DNA of 64,000 nt from a virus (lineage: Duplodnaviria; Caudoviricetes), in IMG/VR virus record IMGVR_UViG_3300028909_000001; one strand, written 5' to 3'. Positions within the stretch are counted from its first letter, which is position 1; each line of letters opens with the position of its first letter. The translations under genes were made by a program, and so were the position numbers. This document shows positions 56,908 through 64,000 of this stretch, one piece after another. The notes under the pieces are model-generated. The model saw nothing but the letters and a program-made list of their open reading frames with translations, made no database searches and was not told the DNA's origin.

Positions 56908-57174
56908 ATGAATCCTAAAGTAGAACTAATAAAAATAAACAAAATCCCAATTAGTATAGGTGTGGATAAATACGTATTCCCTATTAAAAATAGTATAGTA
57001 CATCATAACCAAGACTCACTACTAGGCTCTACTATAGTATCAGATCCAGGTTATAGTGTATTAGGATTTCGCCGTGACCCTAAAGCTCTATCCAACCATA
57101 ATCTAGCCTTTGAACTAGCAGAACTAGCCTGGAAAATACAAGAATTTGATCTTATATATGAAAACACTAGCTAA
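56908..57174 (+). CDS. Hypothetical protein
   Basis: 88-aa ORF. Confidence 0.5.
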   Translation: MNPKVELIKINKIPISIGVDKYVFPIKNSIVHHNQDSLLGSTIVSDPGYSVLGFRRDPKALSNHNLAFELAELAWKIQEFDLIYENTS

Positions 57175-57391
57175 CTACCTCAATGACCCGGATAATGACT
57201 TAACTGTTGAACTTGATGCTGAATTATTAAAGAAGATTCAACTAGATACTCTTTATAGTCTATTAATTAAGAGTACTGAAGCCTTAAATCTGCCTGCTAT
57301 CTCTAAGGAGCATACTGATATAATGGTAATTCATTTAATCCTTAATGAAATAGAACTTTTGAAATATGGATTCAACATTAAAGAAGTGTAA
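57146..57391 (+). CDS. Hypothetical protein
   Basis: 81-aa ORF. Confidence 0.5.
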   Translation: MILYMKTLANYLNDPDNDLTVELDAELLKKIQLDTLYSLLIKSTEALNLPAISKEHTDIMVIHLILNEIELLKYGFNIKEV

Positions 57392-57414
57392 GAAACTAAT
57401 AACCTGGGCTGAGC

Positions 57415-57615
57415 ATGAAATTAAAGATTGAATACTTGAAACTACTATATAAAAGAGTACTTAACTGTATATACTATGCTTGTTTGACTGACCAATACTT
57501 AAGTTGTATAGTACTAATTATAGTTTATCCTATATCTCTTATTATAGTGAATCTATATAACAAAGTTGTAATTAAAGATAGTAAACCTAATTGTTGGAAT
57601 GATTTTTTCTTCTAA
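57415..57615 (+). CDS. Small membrane protein
   Basis: Hydrophobic CIVLIIVYPISLIIV segment. Confidence 0.5.
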   Translation: MKLKIEYLKLLYKRVLNCIYYACLTDQYLSCIVLIIVYPISLIIVNLYNKVVIKDSKPNCWNDFFF

Positions 57616-57618
57616 GAT

Positions 57619-57942
57619 ATGACAATAACAAAAAGAGCTGATAGATGGTATGACGAACGAGGTAATAGTTGGTTATCAGAAGAATTAGCTACTTTATACT
57701 CACCTACCTTAACTAATTGTAGTTATTGTGATGATTGTAGTAATTGTAGAAATTGTAGTAGTTGTAGTAATTGTAGTAGTTGTAGAGATTGTATTAGTTG
57801 TTATGATTGTAACGATTGTAAATATGTCTGTTGCCTGACAGACAGAACAAGATTTACTGCTCAATTCGAACCTGCTACAGAAGATACTATAATAAGACCT
57901 GAACTTGACATTAATAATAGAAGACTTGAAATTGAACTATGA
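57619..57942 (+). CDS. Cys-repeat family protein, copy 12, shortest (RRLEIEL)
   Basis: Family architecture, 107 aa. Confidence 0.85.
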   Translation: MTITKRADRWYDERGNSWLSEELATLYSPTLTNCSYCDDCSNCRNCSSCSNCSSCRDCISCYDCNDCKYVCCLTDRTRFTAQFEPATEDTIIRPELDINNRRLEIEL

Positions 57943-58205
57943 ATGAATTTAATATAGGTGACATTATTTCTGTAACATTTACTTTTTCTGGTAATCAAGC
58001 TATTGGTGTTGTAATTGACGATGATAATTTTATGATCACGTCTTATACTAAAGTACTTAAACCAGACTATGTAGTTAAAGGTTTATCAGACCGTGAACCT
58101 CTTTATGGATGTAATATAAGGAATATTCAACTAGTATCACGGAGTATTAGACAAGAAGTTAGACAAGAAGACCCATTTTCCCGTAACCTAGACCCATATC
58201 TATGA
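57939..58205 (+). CDS. SH3/KOW-like family protein with tag (RNLDPYL)
   Basis: FNIGDII start. Confidence 0.65.
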   Translation: MNEFNIGDIISVTFTFSGNQAIGVVIDDDNFMITSYTKVLKPDYVVKGLSDREPLYGCNIRNIQLVSRSIRQEVRQEDPFSRNLDPYL

Positions 58206-58651
58206 ATGAAGAATACCTTAAACTAGTTAAAGAACTGCAAACTACAGTAAAAATTGAATTGGACAAAGCTCCACTAAAAGATAATTACTCCCCAAACTAT
58301 CCTGAAGCATCTGTTAATACCTTGGCAGTTAATATAGGTATTATTATAGATGATAGATTTAGTGTTAATGACTTATCCAATACTAACACTATAAACCCTC
58401 CTATTAAGCTCTATTGGCTCCAGGTCACGTCCTATAATGATTTTGAAGTCTTCCTGTCTACTAGAGGTATTCCAGCCTATATCTCATTTGACGGTGATCT
58501 AGGCCCTAAAGTAAAGGATGGTGAGGATTGCGCCAAACTACTTGTAAAGGTATGTAAGGCCAATAAGTTGAAAGAACTACCTCAATACGAATGTCACTCC
58601 CCTACCCTCTCTAAGAAACAGAAGATAGAAGAGATACTATTAAACTATTGA
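58202..58651 (+). CDS. Cyclic-phosphate-processing receiver (cREC)-like domain protein
   Basis: ISFDGDLG...DGEDCAK...CHS pattern. Confidence 0.55.
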   Translation: MNEEYLKLVKELQTTVKIELDKAPLKDNYSPNYPEASVNTLAVNIGIIIDDRFSVNDLSNTNTINPPIKLYWLQVTSYNDFEVFLSTRGIPAYISFDGDLGPKVKDGEDCAKLLVKVCKANKLKELPQYECHSPTLSKKQKIEEILLNY

Positions 58652-58654
58652 TTA

Positions 58655-58954
58655 ATGAGAACAGAGCTTGAATGTAATAAGAGAGACTTGGAGGATCATC
58701 TATTATCAGAAGCTATTGAAAGCTTTAGTAATATTCTCTCTAATAATGGTTGTAATGATCTTTATATACCGAATACTGAGGAAGCTAGGCTACTTTGGGA
58801 TGAATATCAAGCTTGGAACCTCAAAACTCCTTTAACCGAGCTTAAAGGACATGTAGATTACTGGCCACCCTACGTCGATTCCAAGAATAGGTTAGTAGTA
58901 TATGATTCTTTATTCATATACTTATTGCGAAAACGTACAGGTTTGCTAGATTAG
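58655..58954 (+). CDS. Hypothetical protein
   Basis: 99-aa ORF. Confidence 0.55.
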   Translation: MRTELECNKRDLEDHLLSEAIESFSNILSNNGCNDLYIPNTEEARLLWDEYQAWNLKTPLTELKGHVDYWPPYVDSKNRLVVYDSLFIYLLRKRTGLLD

Positions 58955-58961
58955 ACTTTAT

Positions 58962-59050
58962 GCCTATGTGGTGGAATTGCTAGACACCCGGGAATTAAGA
59001 TCCCGTGACCTTCAAAAGTCGTGCAGGTTGAAGTCCTGCCATGGGCACCA
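58962..59050 (+). tRNA. tRNA-Leu(TAA)
   Basis: GCCTATG/CATGGGC, CGGGA-ATTAAGA-TCCCG, long variable arm, T-loop TTGAAGT, CCA. Confidence 0.88.
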
Positions 59051-59064
59051 ATTTAAATAACATT

Positions 59065-59262
59065 ATGGCTCAATTAATAATAAAGAATATTACCATGAAT
59101 CAAGCCAAAGTATTAGCTAGTTACTACCAAAGACAAGGGGAACAACACGCTGAAGTATGGTTTGAAGACAGAAACGAAGAAACACCAATAGTAGATGTAT
59201 CAAAATGTCCTTGGTTAATAGTAGATGAAAAAGAAGAAACTGTAACTATTATTTGTAAATGA
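59065..59262 (+). CDS. Small hypothetical protein
   Basis: ATG 14 nt after tRNA-Leu. Confidence 0.55.
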   Translation: MAQLIIKNITMNQAKVLASYYQRQGEQHAEVWFEDRNEETPIVDVSKCPWLIVDEKEETVTIICK

Positions 59263-59591
59263 AACTAACAAAACGAGAAAATGATAGATTCTATGATGAA
59301 AACAATAATAGTTGGATAACAGAACAACTAGCTACTGTATATTCACCTACGCTGATTAATTGTAGATATTGTAGTGATTGTAGTAATTGTAGTAATTGTA
59401 GTAGTTGTATTAGTTGTTATATATGTGTTAATTGTAGTAATTGTAGTGAGTGTTATAGATGTAGAGATTGTATTAGTTTGTATAGACATTACAACGAAGA
59501 AAAATTAAAACCTCAGAAGTATGACACTGAAGATACTATAATAAGACCTGAACTTGACATTAATAATAGAAGACTTGAAATTGAACTATGA
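59259..59591 (+). CDS. Cys-repeat family protein, copy 13 (RRLEIEL)
   Basis: Family architecture; C-terminus shared with copy 12. Confidence 0.85.
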   Translation: MKLTKRENDRFYDENNNSWITEQLATVYSPTLINCRYCSDCSNCSNCSSCISCYICVNCSNCSECYRCRDCISLYRHYNEEKLKPQKYDTEDTIIRPELDINNRRLEIEL

Positions 59592-60568
59592 CCACCAATA
59601 ATTTAGAAGAATTTGGTACTAAACTACCAGAACATACAGCTAAATCTAATCAGATTATGATACCTGATGCTATCCTTTATGCTGCACCAGAAGAAATCAA
59701 TGTAGCTAATGGATCAGCTCAAACTCCTACTCAATGGACGGAGCCAGTTTCAGGAATGTTTTTATCCACACCTGAAACAATTAAGAAGTTACCGTCTAAT
59801 GTATATAAGTATGTAGCTTATTCAGATAATAAATGGGGTTTTCTGAAAGTTAATATCAATGTTGACGAACTACTATTACTACCTGATAGTACTTCAGATC
59901 TAGTACTTCAAGAGATTCAAACCTTTCTAGACAATGCGGAAACCTTTAAATACTATGATGTATTGCATAGAAGAGGGTTCTTATTCTATGGTCCAGCAGG
60001 TTCAGGCAAGACTTGCTTAGTACAACAAATCATTAAGAAGGTGATTGACCAGAATGGAGTGATTTTGCTTTGTGATAACCCACAAGCTATCGAACTAGGT
60101 TTAAGAGACCTTAGAGCAGTTGAGCCAGATAGATTCATAGTTTGTCTATTCGAAGATATTGATGCCTTGATTCAGAGATATGGAGAGAAGGAGATTCTTG
60201 CTATATTAGATGGTGAAAGTCAAATCAACAAAGTCTTGAATATAGGAACAACTAATTACCCTGAAGTATTGGATAGGAGAATCATTAGACCTCGTAGATT
60301 TGATATGGTGATTAAGATTGACTGGCCTAGTGAAGCAGTTAGACGACATTATTTTAAGAATAAGCTTAAGATTGATGACAAAGAACTGGGTAAGTGGGTT
60401 AACGCCACGGATAAGTTCTCCTTCGCTGCTTGTGCTGAGTTGATGATTAGTGTTAAATGTCTGGGTAAGGATTTTGAGAAAGCAGTGGAACATTTACGTG
60501 AATTAATGAAACATAAACCAGATAGCCGGGATTTTAACAGCCCTGCAGACTTTAATATAGGACATTAG
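59588..60568 (+). CDS. AAA+ ATPase (BCS1-like)
   Basis: RRGFLFYGPAGSGKT, FEDID, TTNYPEVLD, RPRRFD. Confidence 0.85.
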   Translation: MTTNNLEEFGTKLPEHTAKSNQIMIPDAILYAAPEEINVANGSAQTPTQWTEPVSGMFLSTPETIKKLPSNVYKYVAYSDNKWGFLKVNINVDELLLLPDSTSDLVLQEIQTFLDNAETFKYYDVLHRRGFLFYGPAGSGKTCLVQQIIKKVIDQNGVILLCDNPQAIELGLRDLRAVEPDRFIVCLFEDIDALIQRYGEKEILAILDGESQINKVLNIGTTNYPEVLDRRIIRPRRFDMVIKIDWPSEAVRRHYFKNKLKIDDKELGKWVNATDKFSFAACAELMISVKCLGKDFEKAVEHLRELMKHKPDSRDFNSPADFNIGH

Positions 60569-60575
60569 TTTTAAA

Positions 60576-60664
60576 GGATAGTTAACTAGTAAAGTTACTA
60601 GAACAGTTTACTAAACTGATTGCTCCTTAACTGGAGTGGGGAGCATTACCTCAGCTATCCTCCA
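60576..60664 (+). tRNA. tRNA-Ser with unusual ACT anticodon
   Basis: GGATAGT/GCTATCC acceptor (G1G2A3), CAGT-TTACTAA-ACTG, long variable arm, atypical T-loop AGCATTA, CCA. Confidence 0.7.
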
Positions 60665-60672
60665 ATTTACTT

Positions 60673-61140
60673 ATGAAACTAACAAAAAGATATAATAGAT
60701 GGTATGACGAAAATTATAATAGTTGGGATACTGAAGAATCAGCTACTCAATACTCACCTACCCTAACTAATTGTAGTAGGTGTAGTGATTGTAGATATTG
60801 TAGTCTTTGTAATTATTGTAGTAATTGTAGTAATTGTAATGATTGTATTACTTGTATTAATTGTAGTGATTGTACTCGTTGTATTAATTGTAGAGGTTGT
60901 ATTTGTTGTAATCAGTGTATAAGTTGTAGTGATTGTAGTAATTGTAGTAGGTGTACTAGTTGTAATCGTTGTAGCGGTTGTAGCGGTTGTAGTGATTGTA
61001 CTCGTTGTATTGATTGTAGTTGGTGTAGTTTACTTATAGATAGAATAAGATTTTTCCCACAAACTGGCCCTGACAACTCGGAACTAATAACTAGAAAAGA
61101 AATAGCATTAACAGATCGAAATCTGGAACCATTTTTATGA
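60673..61140 (+). CDS. Cys-repeat family protein, copy 14 (RNLEPFL)
   Basis: Family architecture. Confidence 0.85.
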   Translation: MKLTKRYNRWYDENYNSWDTEESATQYSPTLTNCSRCSDCRYCSLCNYCSNCSNCNDCITCINCSDCTRCINCRGCICCNQCISCSDCSNCSRCTSCNRCSGCSGCSDCTRCIDCSWCSLLIDRIRFFPQTGPDNSELITRKEIALTDRNLEPFL

Positions 61141-61466
61141 AAATAAAACCAGGCTTTGAAGAAGAATTTGAAGTAGCCAAGACTTTAATACATAAACATA
61201 CTGATGCTATAATCAAATATGTTAATGATTGGAGTTTGGCGATGGAGAACTGTATAGCTGAAGGTCAATCATTAAAAGATATAGCCATGCCTTTAAGTGA
61301 ACAGATTTCTATTATAGATAGCAGGCCTGACCATGTTAAAGTTATGGCCGCTATACTATTAATGAACTGTTGGATTTATGGGGATGAGTTGACTGAGATA
61401 TTTCATCCTAGCCACCTTAACTTTGAGCTGGAACTGCTAAAACAATTAAAGTTTGCTAATTACTAG
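61137..61466 (+). CDS. Hypothetical protein
   Basis: 109-aa ORF, WIYGDEL. Confidence 0.55.
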   Translation: MKIKPGFEEEFEVAKTLIHKHTDAIIKYVNDWSLAMENCIAEGQSLKDIAMPLSEQISIIDSRPDHVKVMAAILLMNCWIYGDELTEIFHPSHLNFELELLKQLKFANY

Positions 61467-61469
61467 AAT

Positions 61470-61545
61470 GAGGGTGTAGTGAAATAGCATATAATAACTC
61501 TTTCCTAAAGAGTAGTTACAGGTTGAAATCCTGTCATCCTTACCA
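61470..61545 (+). tRNA. tRNA-Arg(CCT)
   Basis: ACTCT-TTCCTAA-AGAGT, T-loop TTGAAAT, CCA. Confidence 0.82.
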
Positions 61546-61554
61546 AATTAAACC

Positions 61555-62024
61555 ATGAAACTAGACGATCAAACAAAAGACAACATTATTGAAATCTTAT
61601 GGGCAGTATTCTTTGTATTATTGCTCTTAAAGATATTCATATTTTAACTTTATGAAACTGCAAAAAATACTAGAAGCCTGTTTATGGATAACTCTTATTA
61701 TCTTCATAAGTGCTATAGCGGCTCTTACACATCACTTTTTACTAACTATTCTGTTTTCGATTTTTTGTTTACTCTTTATTGGTTATAAAACTTGAAAATA
61801 TCATTATCATTGTTGTATATAATAACACTATTCACAAAAACCTTGAATTTACAAACTAAATGAAACCAGACAAAAAGAAGAAAGACCTTTTAATGCTACT
61901 ATGCGTTATTGGTGGGATGAGCTTGTTTGCAGGCATGACACATACCCCAATACTATTAGTAGCAATTCCGGTTTACCTTTATCTCTATCTAGACGACCTT
62001 GATAAAGATATCAATGAAGATTAA
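61555..62024 (+). CDS. Three tiny membrane-protein ORFs (61555-61647, 61652-61795, 61860-62024) absent from track
   Basis: 30, 47 and 54 aa, each starting MK with one or two hydrophobic helices. Confidence 0.55.
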
Positions 62025-62030
62025 CACAAA

Positions 62031-62615
62031 ATGAACAATAAACTAACTGTATTTTTAGACTTGGATGGCACTATTGTAGACTGGTTGGATAAGATGAGAA
62101 AAGAATGTAAATTACCAATCAGTGCATTTACTCAATTTTATGAGAATCCAGACTCTCTAACTGAGGAAGCAATTACTGAATTATTTGGAGGAGAAAATAA
62201 ATTTCGCAAACTAATGTATAACAGAAGTGCTAAATTCTGGTATACTCTTGATAGCTTTTGGTGGATGGAATATCTGATAGTCCAGTTAAAAAATAACTTT
62301 AATGAAGTTGCCTTCTTTACTAGCCCTGGAGATAACCCTGAAGCTGGGAAGGGTAAGATTTTATGGCAACAAAAGCATTATCCAGAGATTCCTCTTATTA
62401 TGGGGAAACACAAGCATTTATGTGCTGGTCCTAATAAAGTATTAATAGATGATAACTATAGGAAGATTGGTAGGTTTATTGAATATGGAGGTTATGGCAT
62501 TCTTTGGCCTAATCAGTTTCATGTAGCTAAGTTTAATGCCGGTAGAACGTACTCACTTATTTCTGATATAGTAGCTGAAATTCTAGCTTACCAGAAATAC
62601 CATACCTTGATTTAA
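62031..62615 (+). CDS. HAD-family 5'(3')-deoxyribonucleotidase-like
   Basis: FLDLDGT, FFTSP, GK-x-x-W, LIDD. Confidence 0.8.
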   Translation: MNNKLTVFLDLDGTIVDWLDKMRKECKLPISAFTQFYENPDSLTEEAITELFGGENKFRKLMYNRSAKFWYTLDSFWWMEYLIVQLKNNFNEVAFFTSPGDNPEAGKGKILWQQKHYPEIPLIMGKHKHLCAGPNKVLIDDNYRKIGRFIEYGGYGILWPNQFHVAKFNAGRTYSLISDIVAEILAYQKYHTLI

Positions 62616-62616
62616 T

Positions 62617-63288
62617 ATGTCTGACCTCATTTTTAGTCGTGAAGTGCTTAAGTTGAATAAAAATCATTTACCTATAGGATTCTTCACGCCTAAAGATGTA
62701 TTTACAGCTTTGGCTAATTATATGGTTGATAGAAGACAGAACTATATACTGGATGTTAAAGGTAATAAAATGCGCAAGATGCTGGCTTATGATATTACTT
62801 ATGAACAGATAGATGATGACCTATACGACTTCTCCAAACTTCTTAATATGCGGGTAGTTGACTGGGATGAATGGATAACCTTGCCAGTAAGGAGTTATGA
62901 TCTATTCGTACATACCCCTAACCTTGTAGTAAGAGTGCCTAGAGTAGTTGTAAGTCTGGCTTGTGAAGAAATGCCTAAAGTTCGATATAATACTAGCTTA
63001 AAATCTGTTTATAACCTGTATGAAGGTATTTGTCAGATAAGTAAGAAAAGATTAACAATGAAGGAGGCTAGTCGTGATCATGTAATACCTGTCTCTAAAG
63101 GTGGCGAAAATAAGCTAAATAACATCATCTTGGTCGATAGATGTATTAATAGCAGAATGGGTAATAAGTATAAACATGAGTTAGGATTGCCAGAGATTAA
63201 ACCTAAAACCCCTAAAACCATGCCGGTAAAAGATACATTAAGAAATATTAAAGGTGTTCCGGAATGGGAATACTGGTTAAAAAGATGA
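62617..63288 (+). CDS. HNH endonuclease-like protein
   Basis: RVPRVV...SRDHVIP-x-SKGG...N...IN. Confidence 0.75.
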   Translation: MSDLIFSREVLKLNKNHLPIGFFTPKDVFTALANYMVDRRQNYILDVKGNKMRKMLAYDITYEQIDDDLYDFSKLLNMRVVDWDEWITLPVRSYDLFVHTPNLVVRVPRVVVSLACEEMPKVRYNTSLKSVYNLYEGICQISKKRLTMKEASRDHVIPVSKGGENKLNNIILVDRCINSRMGNKYKHELGLPEIKPKTPKTMPVKDTLRNIKGVPEWEYWLKR

Positions 63289-63662
63289 GTACTATATTAA
63301 AGAGTGAATATCTTTATAATGATAATGATAATCATGATAAAGTATATAATGTGACGCTAAAAGAAGTGGAAGGACAAATCACAACAGGTACAGTTATTGA
63401 TTTTGTAGTTACTGCCGAATATGGTAGGAGAGGTTCGGTTTTAAAGACCATAACTAAATATGATGGCATTAGCTATGGTAAAGCTAAAGAAATTTATACA
63501 TCTTTAATAGCAGAAAAAATAGCCAAAGGTTACAATAAAGGACCTAAAAGAAAGAAGGTCAAATCCGAACCTGAATTGAAACCTAAACTGAAACCAAAGA
63601 AGTTGGAAACCCAGGAGCTAAACGATGTACCTTTTAGAAGATTAGACTTTGGTGACTTATGA
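63285..63662 (+). CDS. WGR-domain protein with tag variant (RRLDFGDL)
   Basis: DKVY-x-V...V-x-x-EYGRRG...K-x-x-KGY. Confidence 0.7.
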   Translation: MSTILKSEYLYNDNDNHDKVYNVTLKEVEGQITTGTVIDFVVTAEYGRRGSVLKTITKYDGISYGKAKEIYTSLIAEKIAKGYNKGPKRKKVKSEPELKPKLKPKKLETQELNDVPFRRLDFGDL

Positions 63663-64000
63663 ATAACAACCTTACTCTTTTTAGTTATGTTGATAATACT
63701 ACTTTAACTTTGGCTCAAGGTAGGTTAATTAGTAGTTTTGCCAGACATTTTGGGTATCCTAATAAAGTTATGAGAGGATTGATAGATATGGATAGGGCGG
63801 TACAGGAAAGACTTATTCACTTTGATTTGCCAAATTACGTTATTAGAGATACCTATTATGTAGTTAATGTTAAATTATCCATTAATAAGCTGTTTTCTGA
63901 GAAGTCTTTCTATAAAAGCGATCTGTATTGCCAGTATACCTTAAAAGCCTCAGACCCGGCTAAAACAGATTCGGTATTGGTTGTTTCCAGCCCAGATCTT
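63659..64000 (+). CDS. Hypothetical protein, truncated by window end
   Basis: Open from ATG 63659 (ATGA overlap) to window end. Confidence 0.55.
   Translation, partial: MNNNLTLFSYVDNTTLTLAQGRLISSFARHFGYPNKVMRGLIDMDRAVQERLIHFDLPNYVIRDTYYVVNVKLSINKLFSEKSFYKSDLYCQYTLKASDPAKTDSVLVVSSPDL

Noticed and set aside
18704-59064. Track starts at 18704, 26936, 35656, 42503, 51561 and 59041
   Set aside because: These N-terminal extensions lie within terminators or tRNA genes; downstream ATGs (18722, 26951, 35695, 42560, 51618, 59065) are more plausible.
354-60493. Other short minus-strand and nested ORFs in the track (e.g. 354, 1879, 5234, 15803, 24875, 50029, 60206)
   Set aside because: They lie antisense to or inside well-supported genes and show no motifs.
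3894-61140. CRISPR array or simple microsatellite reading of the TGTAGT-like repeats
   Set aside because: No identical repeats with unique spacers; units are in-frame codons inside genes with conserved start and end.
4310-63662. Tag as a DNA recombination site (integron attC-like) or purely a translational-coupling signal
   Set aside because: Synonymous codons vary freely, there is no palindrome, and the peptide is kept in 8 cases without ATGA overlap. Local DNA identity exists only among recent paralogs.
1-64000. Complete diversity-generating retroelement
   Set aside because: No reverse transcriptase, avd-like gene or template repeat seen in the window; length variation fits slippage/recombination better. 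Kept only as a testable alternative.
1-64000. Stop-codon reassignment
   Set aside because: Long genes are intact in the standard code, all three stops end conserved proteins (including after the tag), and no suppressor anticodon tRNA was found.

Overview
AT-rich segment of a large tailed bacteriophage (jumbo-phage-like) genome. Genes are densely packed, often overlap as ATGA, and all but one lie on the + strand. 0-4 kb: Ycf46-like AAA+ ATPase (apparently interrupted at its Walker A motif by an intron whose 3' end opens the window) with DUF3150/DUF1257/DUF2997-like neighbours. 4-32 kb: replication/recombination module (SbcD/SbcC-like, SF2 helicase, primase, intein-containing DnaB, UDG-fused family A polymerase, SSB, RecA, RuvC, HhH glycosylase, radical SAM) that also holds a ubiquitin-like cassette (Ubl-GG, JAB protease, ThiF/E1). 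32-64 kb: accessory region with about 21 dispersed tRNA or tRNA-like genes, candidate structured RNAs, homing endonucleases, DNA ligase and many small ORFs. The most striking signal is that 32 proteins of unrelated sequence families end in the same C-terminal motif, R-x-[LI]-[DE]-x-x-(x)-L-stop, encoded with freely varying synonymous codons. Carriers include a 14-member family of (Cxx)n cysteine-repeat proteins and a 9-member family of small SH3-like proteins. All family assignments are by eye from motifs; no searches were run.
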